A DNA stretch of 64,000 bases, taken from contig NC_089433.1 of the NCBI RefSeq assembly GCF_026210795.1, positions 2,728,001-2,792,000 of the forward strand, in the 5' to 3' direction. A model generated the notes under the pieces. It did not search any database and was not told where the DNA came from. It saw nothing but the letters and a program-made list of their open reading frames with translations. The stretch comes from Rhizophagus irregularis (lineage: Eukaryota). This document shows, piece by piece, positions 27,709 to 40,950 of this stretch (position 1 is its first letter; every line of letters starts with the position of its first letter). A program made the translations under genes and the position numbers.

Positions 27709-30700
27709 ATGGGAGCAACTGAAAGCAAACTCACCTTTCGTAAAGGTGTATTTAGGTTATTTGAAGAAAGGGTAGGTACATCTGAAAGACTTTGTACTTC
27801 ATTTTTTTTCAAATTTTTAACCCGTATTTTATTATGGTTCAGAATATTCGAGCCTCTGACGAGTACTGGTCGCAAGTAATATATTTGTAAAATACTTATT
27901 TACGGTTTTAGCTTTAAGTTTATTTAATACATAATTAATTTTTGAATATAGTTTTGGCTTCTTCCTGAATCAGCAGAAGATGTTTTCTCTCTTGTAGGTG
28001 CACAGGATATTCGACGCGTGAGAGATCATGCTAGAGAGAATTTAGAAACATTGATACATAAGGTCTGTTACAGTAATAATATGTTGATCTGCATCTAAAT
28101 TAATAACTTAACACTTACTGGAAATTCAGGTCATTGACCGTCTATTCCGAACTATAGAGGCACCAGACTTTCCTTCACAAAATTCCACTTTACAACTTTT
28201 AAATTGTATAAGAATACTTACTCGGTTAATACCATTTATATTTGAATCTGAGGAAATGGCTGATTGGGAGGAAAAATTTTTTTGGACACCTCAAACTAGA
28301 AAACTCAAGAAAAATCGTAAGACTGAAACAGGGGGAGAATCTCAGAACTCTTTAGAGCAAAATGAAGCAGCTAATGAGAATCTGGCAAAGGAATCAGGCC
28401 AGGTATATGTCATATATATAATATTCCAAGTATTATTGACTGTCGACTTTATTTTCCGAGTTTATCCAAATATATACAAGTTAAATAAAAGTTAATAGAG
28501 TAACATTGAATAGATACTATATAGTGAAAATTTTGACATTAAATGAATATTCAAGTATCTTATGAAGCACAAAGAAAATGGAGGTCAGAATTGCTTAGGT
28601 TTTTTTTGAGTATTAGGAATAATTTATGGAAAACACATATTACCGGATCAATCAATAATATTTTTATGCTATGTCTTCGGATTTGGAATATATTTAGTTT
28701 ATTAACCCCAATTTTATTTTATTTAATACGTATAGGAATCGCAAACTCAAGATACGGATATTGAACGAATTGAAACAATCCCTCCTTTGGGTGAACGCCT
28801 ACTATCGACGATCATTGATTTACTTTTTTTGGCAGGATTCACATTACCAGCAAATTTAGCAAACGATAGTAGTAGCCGTATTATATACGTCAATTGGTAA
28901 AAAAAAAAAAAATTTTCTCAGGTATCCTAAGAATCGACTCTAAAGTAAATATTTTTTTTTTATAAAGGGAGACTGGTGTAGGCTCTACTTTACCCATTGG
29001 TTCATCAAAGGAAAACGATTCCAACAAAACTGAAACTTTAAGATTGCTGCTTGCATTTATTTCAAAATCAATGTATATGTCAGGAGGTATTGGTTAAAAA
29101 TTTATTTTTAACATTAATTTGCATAAAGTTTCAACGAATCATTTTAATGCTTGTTTGATTAATTTAGCGACATATATGGGGAAAGAAAATAAGTGGATTA
29201 AACATTTGGTTCTTAAAACTGAACGCAAAGTGGTTCTTGCATTGCTCTGTAGTTTACTTAATACAGCTGTAAAATATAATCCGGCGGGATGGGGTGTGCC
29301 ATATAATCATGTTGTTTTTGCGGATTCAAGAGAAGTACTTGTGACATTGTGTCTACAAGTGTTGTTGGTTTTGTTGGATTACCGTTCTCCCTCAAACCGT
29401 GTCACGACAAATGATTTTACCAGACAGCAACGAGTGAGTTCTGTAGATACCACCAGGAGTGAAAAAGAATCTATTCCTTTAAGTCCTACAACGCCAACAT
29501 CTATTAATAATTTGGCATCCAATGAAGTTACCAGAGTAGATAACACTCCACAGGATAGTGCACCTGCTGTAGATGCTGCTACTACAATTACTTCATCAGC
29601 ACCAAGTACACAAAAAGGACATTTGCCTTCTCATGTTGACAATGCATTTCGTTATTATACTTCGAAATTGCATCGACCTCAGGATTTTCAATTTCTTATG
29701 GATGGCATATACCGCATTTTGAGTAATCCAATGCAGGTAATTGGAAAATTATTTATCACCTGATTTAAAAATTTTGGGATATAATACGATTATAATGCTT
29801 CATTCAGACACGCCGGATTACTAGATAATTAGTGATTCAAATTCACTCGTTATTGCTTATTATTTTCAGAGGTCAATTTCTGCAAGTTATTTACATTTTG
29901 CTATACTTACTAATAACAATGCTTATTATTGCATTTAAGGCAAGTAATACATATTTACCAGGATCAACAAAGCAAATTCAATGTCATCAAGAAATGATGA
30001 TGCTTTGTTGGAAATTCTTGGAAACTAACAAGGTAAAAATTGATTAATTGATTTCATTTCTAATATATAAAATCGCGTCTCAACTCTCAAAGCGTGTTAT
30101 GATAATGAGTCATGACACAAAATTTTTTATACTCTGATGCTCTGAGATACTCTGACTATAGCAAACTCCGTGGGAAAAAGAACTAATTTATTTATGATAA
30201 TACTAATTCGATATGCTTGCCTTTTGACTCATTCGCAGAGATTTCGTAATTACTTGTTGGATACCGATAAAGTATTAGATTTGCTTATCATTTTATTATA
30301 TTATTCAATTGAAAATAAACAAGATTCAGGTTTGGATCAATATCTTTGGTGCATTTTTTAACATTTTTCCTTTAATGACGACTTTGCTATTATTTAGCAC
30401 AACTAGGATTAGTGCGTATGTGTGCATTTATTTTGCAGACATTGTCAGGTGACCGCGATTTTGGTGTGAAATTAAATAAAGTGTTTGAAAATCATGGTTC
30501 TCTTCCTGGTAATGTTCGAATTCACGCGTTTCATGGAACCTACGCGGATTATATGATTAGTGTAAGAACTTAATTTATTATACTAAATTTTGATTTATGT
30601 TTTAATCTAATTTATTTAATTACTTTTTTAGTCCATATATGCTCTTATAGCAACTACACGTGGAATGTTGCATTCATTATATCCTGCATATATATTAACT

Positions 30701-32035
30701 ATTACCAATGTATCACCTTATTTAAAGAATTTGTCTGTAGTTTCATCTACAAAATTAGTCCATCTTTTTTCACAATTTACTTCACCTGGATTTTTGTTAT
30801 CTGAAGAAGGGAATCATCGATTGGTTGAACATATGTTGGAAGCGTTCAATAACATTGTTCAATACCAATTTGCTGGTTTGTTCTTACATCTTTTTTTTGA
30901 AGTAGCATTTGTAATTAAAATACAAGTCTAATGACTATTTTATTATAGATAATCCACATCTTATTTATGCTATTTTAAGGAGTCCTAAATGCTTTGAAAA
31001 TTTATCAGAATTCACACTTGCAAGAGGATTGGATGAAATAAAAAAGAAAGAGAAGCGTAAAAAACAAGTTCGAATTGTAACTACGGAAAAAACATCAGAA
31101 CAACCAGAAATTAAGAGTTCACAAGAAGAATCACGACCATTGATGTCAGATAGTGAAAGTAATTTAAGTACTCAAAAAGATGAAGATCGCGATAAACCCG
31201 AATTGGCTCAAGTATCTTTAAATGCTAATGTTAATGTTAGTCAGAATAGTCAAACAGAACTAACTGATCAAGATTCAGAACCATTGTCTGAAAAAGCCCG
31301 CGGCAAATTACCTGAAGGCGTTACAGTAGCAAGTCGTCGACGAAGTAATGAAAGTAATAATGTTATAACTCCGTTTGCTGTTGGAAAATCTGGATTTGTC
31401 CCAACCGAAGATTGGGTTTGTTATTTTTATTATATATTTGAGATTTCAAGCCACATAGTTAATCGTAATTTTTACTTTGTAAGGTATCTTCGTGGCATTC
31501 ACATCTTCCTCTCGGAACAATTCTAATATTGCTTGGAGAACTTATTCCTAAAATTGAAGATATATGTATATCGCAATCAATCAATTCAGATCAACCTGTT
31601 TTGGAATTCCTTCGAAAAGCAACAATGGTTGGAATTCTTCCACCTCCACAGTCTATCCTTATCCGTAAATTCCAATGGTCTGAAGCTAGTGTAGTTTGGT
31701 TTTCAAGTCTACTATGGGGGCAAATTTATTTAGCTTCTTCAAATTATCTTGGTGTATTTAATGGTACACACGTCAAATTATTTCTTGTCAAGCCTTCAAC
31801 AAAAGAAGGACGCTTGAAAAATGCTCTTGGTAATGCGGTTGGTGGAGTTCAAGGTGTTATTGATCGCCTTTCCACTACCAATACAACAAATACAACAAAT
31901 ACGAATACGAATACGAATACGAATACGAATACGAATACGAATATGAATATGAATACGAGTACGGATACGAGTACGGATACGAATACGAGTACGAATACGA
32001 ATACGAATACTACTGCCACCACACCTAGTTCTTAA
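27709..32035 (+). CDS. HID1: HID1/Ecm30-family Golgi protein, multi-exon
   Basis: MGATESKLTFRKGV, LNCIRILTRLIPFIFE, DLLFLAGFT, IWETGVG, GLVRMCAFILQTLSGDRDFGVKLN, FNGTHVKLF. Confidence 0.9.
31878..32012 (+). repeat. Coding hexanucleotide microsatellite (ACGAAT)n giving a Thr-Asn tail
   Basis: acgaat repeats with variants, in frame just before the HID1 stop. Confidence 0.9.
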
Positions 32036-33391
32036 TTATTACTGTTACGTTAATAAACATAAATTTAGTAATTACAATTATTTAATTTAAAAGATTCTCT
32101 TGACTGTTAAATATTTAATACTTGGCTTTATTATAAATTATATATTTTTGTTTAGTTTAAATTACTTATGGAAGAATTCATATTACGTAATATATACAGT
32201 TCCAAGTATTATATCTCGGGTATTTTACTTAATTTTTTACACATTATATAGCTTATATAGCTATTTATAATTATACTCCTTTTTCAACATGTACAAATGT
32301 TAATATAAAAGTATAGCAAAATATAATGAAAAACTTGTATTAAGTAAAAAATAAATATTAATTATTAGATACTTGCAGTTTGGTAATATTATATTACATA
32401 TATTGATAATAAAGTAACATTTTAAATGCAGTATACAAATAGCTTATAAATTATGTAATATATTTGAGTATTAAGAATCAAAATTTAATTAGTATTTAAA
32501 TTAATCAAAAATTTAAAATATAGGAAAATTTGGATTATTTGGATTAATTTATAAATTATATTTAATTAGTTTAATTATTATACTAAATATTTATATAATA
32601 TTAAGGATATATTTCTAAAGAAGGCTTTATATCATATCTGAATACATATTAGAAAAGTGTATCCTTCTTCCAATTTTTTATATAACAATTCTGAAGAAAA
32701 TTACACTCTTAAATATATATCTGGATGATTTTCTTTTACAATTGGCCTATTTTAACCAATATATATATCACAATATATCCAAATATATACTAATGATAGG
32801 ATATTCTTCTTCTATTTTTTTATATAATACTTTTAAAGAAAAATACTTTAAGTACTCACCTATTAAAAATGTATTTATTCCCAATTCTTTTGCCAACTTG
32901 CTATATATTTCTTTATATATTTATCAAAAAAAAATAAATTAAGCTTTTTAGAAATATATTAAGATATATAAATCTTTACTTGCTAATACTATATATACAA
33001 TTATTTCTGATCAAAATTATAAATATTTAAGTAACTCAAATAGTTATACTGATAATAAATTTAATTTGAAATCAGATGATTATAATAATTACAAATCTAA
33101 TTATAAATTAGATAATAAAAAAGCTTTCTGTATTTCAATATTATTAAAAAAATCTAAATACAAAAAATAAATATTTAATAATTCTTTTCTTTAAGATATT
33201 TTTTTTTTTTTGCAAGGTAGTGCAATTCACTGAGTTTATTAGTTAATAGTTATATAAAAGTACAGAAATATGTTATGTATATAACTAATCTATTAAAACT
33301 CTAAATCAGTTTCCCATCTTATAGATTGCTTCTATGCCCTACCATCACCAATATAAAATTCACCTATATCCTCCTATAGTAACTATAAGAT

Positions 33392-33686
33392 AAGATCCTG
33401 GGCATTATATATACAACTCAGAAAGTAACTTTTTTGCAAATTGACCTAAATTTCACAAAAAAAAATCAGGTTTTTTGCGATTATTTCAGCATCCAGTAGT
33501 CCAATTTATGCAAACTTTTTTTTGTTTTGTAGCTCTCATTGAACTTTACAAAATAAAAAAATCTGCATGAATAAGATCATTAAATACCAAGATAATTGCA
33601 AAAAATGGAAAATAAAAAAAAGAGCAAATTGGGTCTTTTTTGGCAAAAAGTCAGTTGTGAGTTCTATAAGAGATGTCCAGGATCCT
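33392..33686. mobile_element. MITE (AGG...CCT family, 8-bp TSD) holding one ~120-bp palindromic module
   Basis: TIR aagatcctgggcat / atgtccaggatcct; flanks tataagat / tatcagat; related to 37656-37953. Confidence 0.75.
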
Positions 33687-34380
33687 TATCAGATTATATA
33701 AGATCATTATTTCATATGGCTTCAGTATATACTTTTACTACCCTCTAAACAAAAAGAAAAATTATATTTGTATTTATACATCTTAATATCATTATATACC
33801 TTCCAAATCACCCTATTTCTTTCTCTAATAAACTGATCTATATATTGTCTTGTTTTTCTAAGAGCAATTGACCATTATTCATTATATTTAAAAATTTTCT
33901 TCTCTTTAAATTATATGTATTACCTTCATTTATGCAATTGGAATTTATTCATATACAATTAAGACAGCTAAAAGTTAAACTAGTGAGCTGCGACCAAGAA
34001 ATGCCAAAATGGCAAAATTTTGCTAAAACTATATGAAAATCTTATAAAAAAGTTGGTAAAATTCTGGAGAAAAGTGAAACCTAACAAAACTTTTATAAAT
34101 GCCAAAATTGTCAAAACTTTACCAACACTATAATAAAATTATAGTAAAATTTTAGAAAAACTAATTGTGAATTTTCAATAGAGTGCAGTAATCTTATACG
34201 TAATACATCGATGTACTGGTATCTTCTTTCTTAAATCTTGCTTCTTAATTTATATATTTTTTTTTTATTAAATTTTAAAGTTTATTAATTATGACATTTA
34301 AAACCATACAATATAAGTGTTACACATCATGAAAATATAACCATCCTTGCAGTGCAATGAGAATGCATTAATAAACCTGA

Positions 34381-34788
34381 TACTAAAGCTCTGAACAGTT
34401 CAGTTTAGTTTTATTTTTCAGTTTTTTTCTGATTGATCAGAATACATTTTACGCAATAATTTGCCATCCAGTGATCGTAGAAATCTGATTAATAATTCAT
34501 TAAAATCGTCTTATCGCGATAGTTCAAATGGTACCAAAATCATCCTTTTAACATTGATAGATGGAGAGTTAATTTTGCCAATTATTCAAAAAATAACTCG
34601 CTATCTATCAATACTAGAAGGATGATTTTAGTACTATTTAAACTGTCTCAACGAAACAATTCCAATGAGCTATTGATCAGATTTCTATGATTACTGAATA
34701 GCAAGTTATTATGCAAAATAGATTTTAATTAATTATAAAAGAACTGAAAAATGAAACTAAACTGAACCGTTTAGAACTTTACTTAGTA
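34381..34788. mobile_element. ~400-bp foldback element made of two inverted ~120-bp modules
   Basis: aaagctctgaacagttcagtttagtttt...ttttcagtt mirrored by aactgaaaaatgaaactaaactgaaccgtttagaacttt; whole span is an imperfect palindrome. Confidence 0.75.
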
Positions 34789-35194
34789 CAAATGTATCTT
34801 CGAACTAAAAAGAAATGAGATGCAGGAAAAAATAAAACAAAAAAAAAGAATTCCATATACAAAAATGAAAACAAAAAACAAAATAAAAAAATAAGAAAAC
34901 AGCCAGTAATAAAACTATCTTATTATAACTACACTTTTAAAACTAAGACTATCTGAACATTCTTTCAAACTTATCAAGATGCTCCTAGCTTTCTAAGCAT
35001 TGATCTTATTTCTGCTAATATACTGCCCTACAATAAATTACAGATTTGACAAAATTTGCATAGTAATTTTCACATTACATATAAGTATACGAATTTTTAA
35101 TAAAATTCAGCCAGAATTTTTTTATTTTAAAGCTGATCATAAATAGTTTTTATGCATTAAAATAAATAAATATAATCAATTATAAATATAAAAA

Positions 35195-35915
35195 AATTTT
35201 CTCATTGCAAAATAATATAAAAATTATGAAATTCTCACTTATTTTTAGCAATAGGATAATGGGTTAACTCTTTAAAATTTTAGAAAGTTTTCTTTATTTT
35301 TTAATACATAAAAGCTATAATTGATTGGCTTTCAAATAAAAAAATTTTGATTGAATTTTATTGAAAATTTATAAAATTTTATATAGCCCGAAAATTAATA
35401 ATTTTACTAGTAAATTTTATAAAAATTTGTAATTATATAATAAAATTAACAATATTAAATTGACAAATTTTAGGCTATATTAAACTTAACGAATTCCCTA
35501 TAAAATTCAGTCAAATTTTTTTTGTTTGAAAGCCAATCAATTGTAATTTCATTTATCAGGCATTTACTAATTGGTGATTTGATGCGTACAACCAGTTACT
35601 AAGTTGTATAAAAAATACCTATTACGTAAGCCTGATAAAACAGTTACTCGGCACAACGTGACTCCATGCTTCTGTGACTGTCGTCTTACATGTATTTGCA
35701 ATAAGAATATGATCAGTAAAATTTACTGAGCTGCGCTCAGTAAATCCCACCAATCATATTGCTTATTGCAAATACAACAGTTACTCGGCACGAAGTGCCG
35801 AGTAACTATTAAGTATTAAAAATAAAGAAAATTTTCTAAAATTTTAAAAAATTGATCCTTTGCTAAAAATAAGTAAAAATTTCATAATTTTATATGTTAT
35901 TTTGCAATGAAAAAG
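35195..35915. repeat. Degenerate foldback with an internal multi-hairpin insert
   Basis: tcattgcaaaataa...cttatttttagcaa (35200-35250) mirrored at 35860-35910. Confidence 0.6.
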
Positions 35916-35970
35916 AATTTTTTTCCAAGATAGTTCAAATTATATATTGTGCAGCAATTATTATCATTTA

Positions 35971-36325
35971 CTAGTGTTCACCTGTTGTCTACGACAACAG
36001 TTAATATGTAATTCTGGCCAGAATTAAAAGATCTGCAAAGAATTTCCTTTTTTGGAAATTTGAGCAACACAATTTTTTTAATTTCTCTGAAAAGTAACAG
36101 AAGACAAAATTTCCTTTTTTGGAAATTTGCGTAACCGACAATTTCCTTTTATGGATTCCTGTGTAACCGACAATTTCAGGTTTTCGCCAGAAATAAAATT
36201 TCCTTTTTTGGTCTTGTGTAACATTGGCGACGAATAGGAGTAGGGTTACACAATTCAAATGACTTATTTATATGGTTAATCTAAACATAACGCCCACGTG
36301 ATTGCAGTGTTTTTTAATATATAGA
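35971..36325 (-). mobile_element. Non-autonomous Helitron
   Basis: Minus strand 5' A|TCTATATATTAAAAAA..., 3' hairpin ctgttgtc-gta-gacaacag then gtgaaca CTAG|T; no TSD; 5' end could extend to 36333 because of (ATAG)n. Confidence 0.85.
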
Positions 36326-36786
36326 TAGATAGATTAATTATATTAGAAAATCAAAAATTACCCATTGGTCAAATGTTGTATTTTAAGATAATCACAAAAT
36401 TTTAAAAAACTTTGCACTTAACTTTGATGATTTTATTGATAATTAATTGTAGCTATATAAAAGCTTAATAGAATATGTAGAATTTGGTATAAAAAACGAC
36501 TTTTGTTAATATAATTTTTGATGTTTAAAAGTAGGATTTTAACTTTATATAGAACCTTAATGAAAAGTTTATGATGCATTTTAATTATATATTTATAAAA
36601 ATTGATTTTTTTTATTTCTATTTTGTTTATTATAATGCAAAATTTTTATAATGAAAATAAAAAGTTATAATAAATATTCAAATAGAGAAAAAAATATGGT
36701 AAGAAAAGTTTAGATTTTATTATATAAAAATTCTGATACTATTTTTGCAGATTAATTTCTCATCCAATTTTAAAGGTAGATAGACA

Positions 36787-36912
36787 AACTGTATGGTACG
36801 ATCAGCTGAACTGTACAGTATGATTAATTATAATAAAATTTATACAGTACAGTACAGCACTTATACTGTATATATATATATACATATAAGTCTTGTATTG
36901 TACCATACAGTT
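36787..36912. repeat. Short inverted repeat with TACAG subrepeats
   Basis: aactgtatggtacgat / attgtaccatacagtt. Confidence 0.55.
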
Positions 36913-37655
36913 AAATTGTAACAAATTTCGTATAGTACAATTGTAAAAATAAATGATTATCACGTGATTCTTATATTAAATTCACAATTAAAAAAGTTAA
37001 CTTTATTAATAAAATTATAAATAAATAAATAGTTATATTAACTGTTAACGTGCACATATATTTTTATTATTGTCATTGGAAAATTACTTTATTTTACTTC
37101 GAATATGCTGCATTCTTTATAAAAGTAATTGAAAATCATGTTAAAAAAATTATAAACCTAAGAGTCTGTTTCTTTTCTCAAGCAGTGCAATTTTCCTTTC
37201 AAGCTCATCATTTGCCTGCTTTCAAATAGCTAGTGTTTCTTACGCCAAAGTATTAACTTTTCTCTATTGATCAAAACATGGATCTCCGTTTAATTCAATA
37301 ATTTCAATAGTATCATTTTCCTTATTATGAGAATTACTTTTTTGTTTTTTTACTGTACTCAAGGATGAAGTTTGTTTACATTTATGCTTTTTTGCTAAAA
37401 TAATTAAAATACAAATTATTACGTTAAATATATTTTAAAAATAATTAAAATAATTAATTATACTTACCCGCTCTTTTTTCAGCTTGAATTGATTGTGCCA
37501 ATTCAGATTTATCTCTATAAGAATCAGGAATATTATATTTTTCATGCACATTTTTACTTTCCCACTGTCATTTATCAAAGTTACATCCTCTAAAAAAAAG
37601 GAATTTAAATAAATATTTAATAAGTTTTATATACAAACAAATAAAAAGTTTTACT

Positions 37656-37953
37656 AGGACCCCGGATATCTCCAAAACAGGTCATAAGTCACACTTTCGG
37701 CAGATTGGCCCATTTTTCGAAAGTTCAAAAAATCGTTTTTTGTAAATATCTCGGCATCCAGTAGTCCAATTTTGATGAACTTTTTTTTTAAATTGTAGAG
37801 CTAAATGAGGGCTACAAAATAAAAAAATGTTCATTAAAATTGAATTACTGGATGCTGAGATATTTACAAAAAACGATTTTTTGAGTTTCAGCAAAAAGGG
37901 GTGTTTTTGGCCAAAAGTCCATTATGACCTTTATATTAGATATCCGGGGTCCT
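37656..37953. mobile_element. MITE (AGG...CCT termini, exact 8-bp TSD) with one ~120-bp module, inserted in a transposase intron
   Basis: TIR aggaccccggatatct / agatatccggggtcct; TSD gttttact on both sides. Confidence 0.9.
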
Positions 37954-38413
37954 GTTTTACTTAACAATTCCGGCAAGAAGTGATAAATTACGTTCATCAT
38001 GATTTACATTTGCATGTGCACTTTCTTTCACATTAGTATTATTTGGTATTTGATTCCAAATAATATAATCCATTTTGGTAAATACAATTGATATGCCCGA
38101 TAGTACCCATGAAACACGTTTATCTTTTACTCAAGCTATAAAAAAAATACTTTAATATTTGTTTGAATTTTGATAAAAAGTTAAATTTAATGATTACCTT
38201 CTGCTCCTAATTCGCCACTAGATTGTATTATATCTAATACTATTAACACTTCTTCTTGTGTATCTAAAGTTGGTACTAAATACATAGCACTTCGAATTTC
38301 ACTTGATATCTGCTTATTTTTGTCGATATTTTTAAATAAAAAAAAAATAAAATATGATTATAAATTAGTAATTAATTTAATTAGATTATAAAAAATTATT
38401 AATGCATCTAATT

Positions 38414-38590
38414 TATACATGCCACCCAAATTATTTTGAGCTGCCGTAATTATAAGTAAAATCCCAAATTCAATTATGGCATCCCAAATTATTTTGGCAC
38501 TTTACATAGTAAATTATATATAAACTGAATGAATTACGGCATCCCAAATTATAATTATGACATCCCAAAATAATTTGGGCAGCATGTATA
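38414..38590. mobile_element. hAT-like MITE (TATACATG termini), single-unit copy
   Basis: Exact 8-bp TSD atctaatt (38406-38413, 38591-38598); near-identical to the unit in 8913-9258. Confidence 0.9.
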
Positions 38591-39271
38591 ATCTAATTAC
38601 CGCTTATAATGAATTTGACAAAGTTTATATATATATTGTAAATGTTCAACTGGCGTTAAATTTGGATACTTTGAATTTAAATATTGATCTAAACCTAATT
38701 AAAATATTAAATTTTATTAATACCTATACTCAAATAATTCGAATTTATACTATAGTTTAGCTTACCTAAAGCTTGCCCTTTGTGTTGATCTGCGATAATA
38801 CATCCCAAACCCCTTCTATGAATATAATAAAAATTAAATATTTCACCTATATCTTTTTCTATGCAATTAAACAAGTCTTCAAATAGGTTTTGATATGCAT
38901 CAGCCATCTCAATATTTGTAAATATTCGTGCAAAAGTTAAAGCTATATATATTTTTAAAGCAATTAAATTAATAATTATAAAAAATTAAATAAATTAAAG
39001 TAAATAAAATTTAACTCACTTTTTTGTATTCGTGATACATATACTGATACTTCCTATTCATTTGTAACACTATGAATTCTTTTGAATGCCATATCAATTT
39101 CAAAATATGTCAATTCAGGAATTGCTTTAAGTTGTTGTTTTGTAGCACATACAACAATATATTGGCCATTATCAAGAAATCCTATAAAATAAAATAAATT
39201 AAATATAAAAAATTAAATTATAATTAAAAAAGTGATATAAACGTATAACTGTAAGTCACCGATATGAGGGC

Positions 39272-39950
39272 TAGTGTTCTGAATGGATCAAATCAGATCA
39301 GATTTGAGATGAATCTAATCTGATCCGAATTCAAATCAAAAAAAATTGGATTTGATCTGATCTGAATTTGGATCAAAAATAATTGGATTTGATCTAATCT
39401 GAATCCAAAATAAACTTGATTCGATTCAGTTTGAATCTAATTCAGATAAAACTGATCTGATCTGAATTCAATCTGAATCAGAAATTAAAAAAATATTTTA
39501 CAATTTTACAACATTTTTTAAAGATTTATTTAATAAAAAACGTTGTAAAATATTTTTTATTTCAATTTAAACGAAAAAATTGTTGCGAAACAGTTTTTAA
39601 TTTCAATTTAACAAAAAAACTGTCTCGCAACGGTTTATTAATGAATTTAATAAAAACTGTTGCAAAATAATTTATATAACTAAAAAAAACTGTTTTACAA
39701 CAGTTTTCTAAGTTGTTTTAGTAAAAACTGTTGCAAAATGGTTTATTTAACTAAAAAAATCTGTTTCGCATCAGTTTTTAAGTTATTTTAATATAAACCA
39801 TTGTGAAATGGTTTATTTAACTAAAAAAAATCTATTTCGCAATAGTTTTTAAGTTGTTTTAATATAAAACCATTGTGAAACAGTTTATTTAACTAAAAAA
39901 ATCTGTTTCGCAACAGTTTTTTAAGTTGTTTTAATAAAAACTGTTGTGAA
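39272..39950 (+). mobile_element. One end of a hAT-like element: GATCT/GATCA subterminal repeats followed by a ~62-bp tandem array
   Basis: tagtgttctgaatggatcaaatcagatcagat...; array aactaaaaaaatctgtttcgcaacagtttttaagttgttt... ~39530-39950; partner end not found. Confidence 0.55.
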
Positions 39951-40560
39951 TATACATGAAACCAAAATTGGTTAATTTTGACTTCCAAAATGGTCGAAAT
40001 GGTCAAAATGATTTCGACTTGAGCCCCTCCAAAAGTCGAAATGGTCAAAATTACATCATAGTCATATGATTTTATAGTAAACAATAATATTAAAATTCAA
40101 AGTTAACGAACTCCGCATCCAGTGATTCGATTTTTATGATCTTTAAACGGTTAGATTCAGCTCATCGAGAGGATTCCAATGATATGTATTTCATATTTGT
40201 AGCATCAATATTGACGGAGTTATTCACGTTTAAAATTTGGTATTAAATAGTCTTATAATTTTTATAGTAAACAATAATTTTAAAATTCAAAGCTAACGAT
40301 CTCAGTATCCAGTGATTCGAGTTTTATGATCTTTACGCAGTTAGATTAAGCTCATCGAGAGGATTCCAATGATATATATTTCATATCTGTAGCATTAATA
40401 TTGACGGAGTTATCCACGTTTAAAATTTTATATTAAATTATAATTATAAAAATCACATGACTATGATGTAATTTCGACCATTTCGACTTTAATTTCAACT
40501 TTTGACCTTCCCAAGTCAAAATATTTCTACTTTTAGGCTTTAATTTCAACTTCATGTATA
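39951..40560. mobile_element. TIR element (TATACATG termini) with two tandem 190-bp units, each holding a ~120-bp module
   Basis: tatacatgaa ... ttcatgtata; inner IR aaagtcgaaatggtcaaaattacatcatagtcat / atgactatgatgtaatttcgaccatttcgacttt; no clear TSD. Confidence 0.75.
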
Positions 40561-40684
40561 GAAGCAACTATGCTAACAAAATAACGAATGACGCGCCCAC
40601 TATTAAAATCGACATTCCATTCTGCCAAAGCTGTTATTAAGTAGCACTGTTAGACGACCTATAAAACCTGAAATGTGATTAAAC

Positions 40685-40950
40685 CAAGTCACACTTTTGG
40701 CGAATTGACTCATTTTTTAAGGGCTTAAAAAATTGTTTTTTGTAAATATCTCAGCATCCAATGGTCCAATTTCGATAAACTTTTTTTAAATTGTAAATCT
40801 GAATAAGGGCTACAAAATAAAAAAAGTCCATTAAAATTGAATCACTGGATGTTGAGATATTTACAAAAAACAATTTTTTGAGTTTTAGCGAAAAGTGGTG
40901 TTTTTGGCTAAAAGTCCCTTATAACTTCTATATTAGTTTTCTGGGACCCT
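40685..40950. mobile_element. Truncated copy of the AGG...CCT MITE family
   Basis: aagtcacactttt...ggctaaaagtcc...ctgggaccct aligns with 37690-37953. Confidence 0.8.

Larger units (their letters stand above)
37158..39181 (-). pseudogene. Intron-containing Mutator (MULE)-like DDE transposase remnant, 5'-truncated with in-frame stops
   Basis: Exons give FEIDMAFKR (D1), IIADQHKGQALG (D2), KLCQIHYKR (CxxH), NTNVKESAHA (E); several internal stops; two MITEs sit in its introns. Confidence 0.75.

Noticed and set aside
30130..30180. TPP riboswitch (CTGAGA...TACTC...GGGAA)
   Set aside because: Lacks the conserved ACCUGAU/ACUUGAU and P5 GNUAAU elements; host gene unrelated to thiamine.
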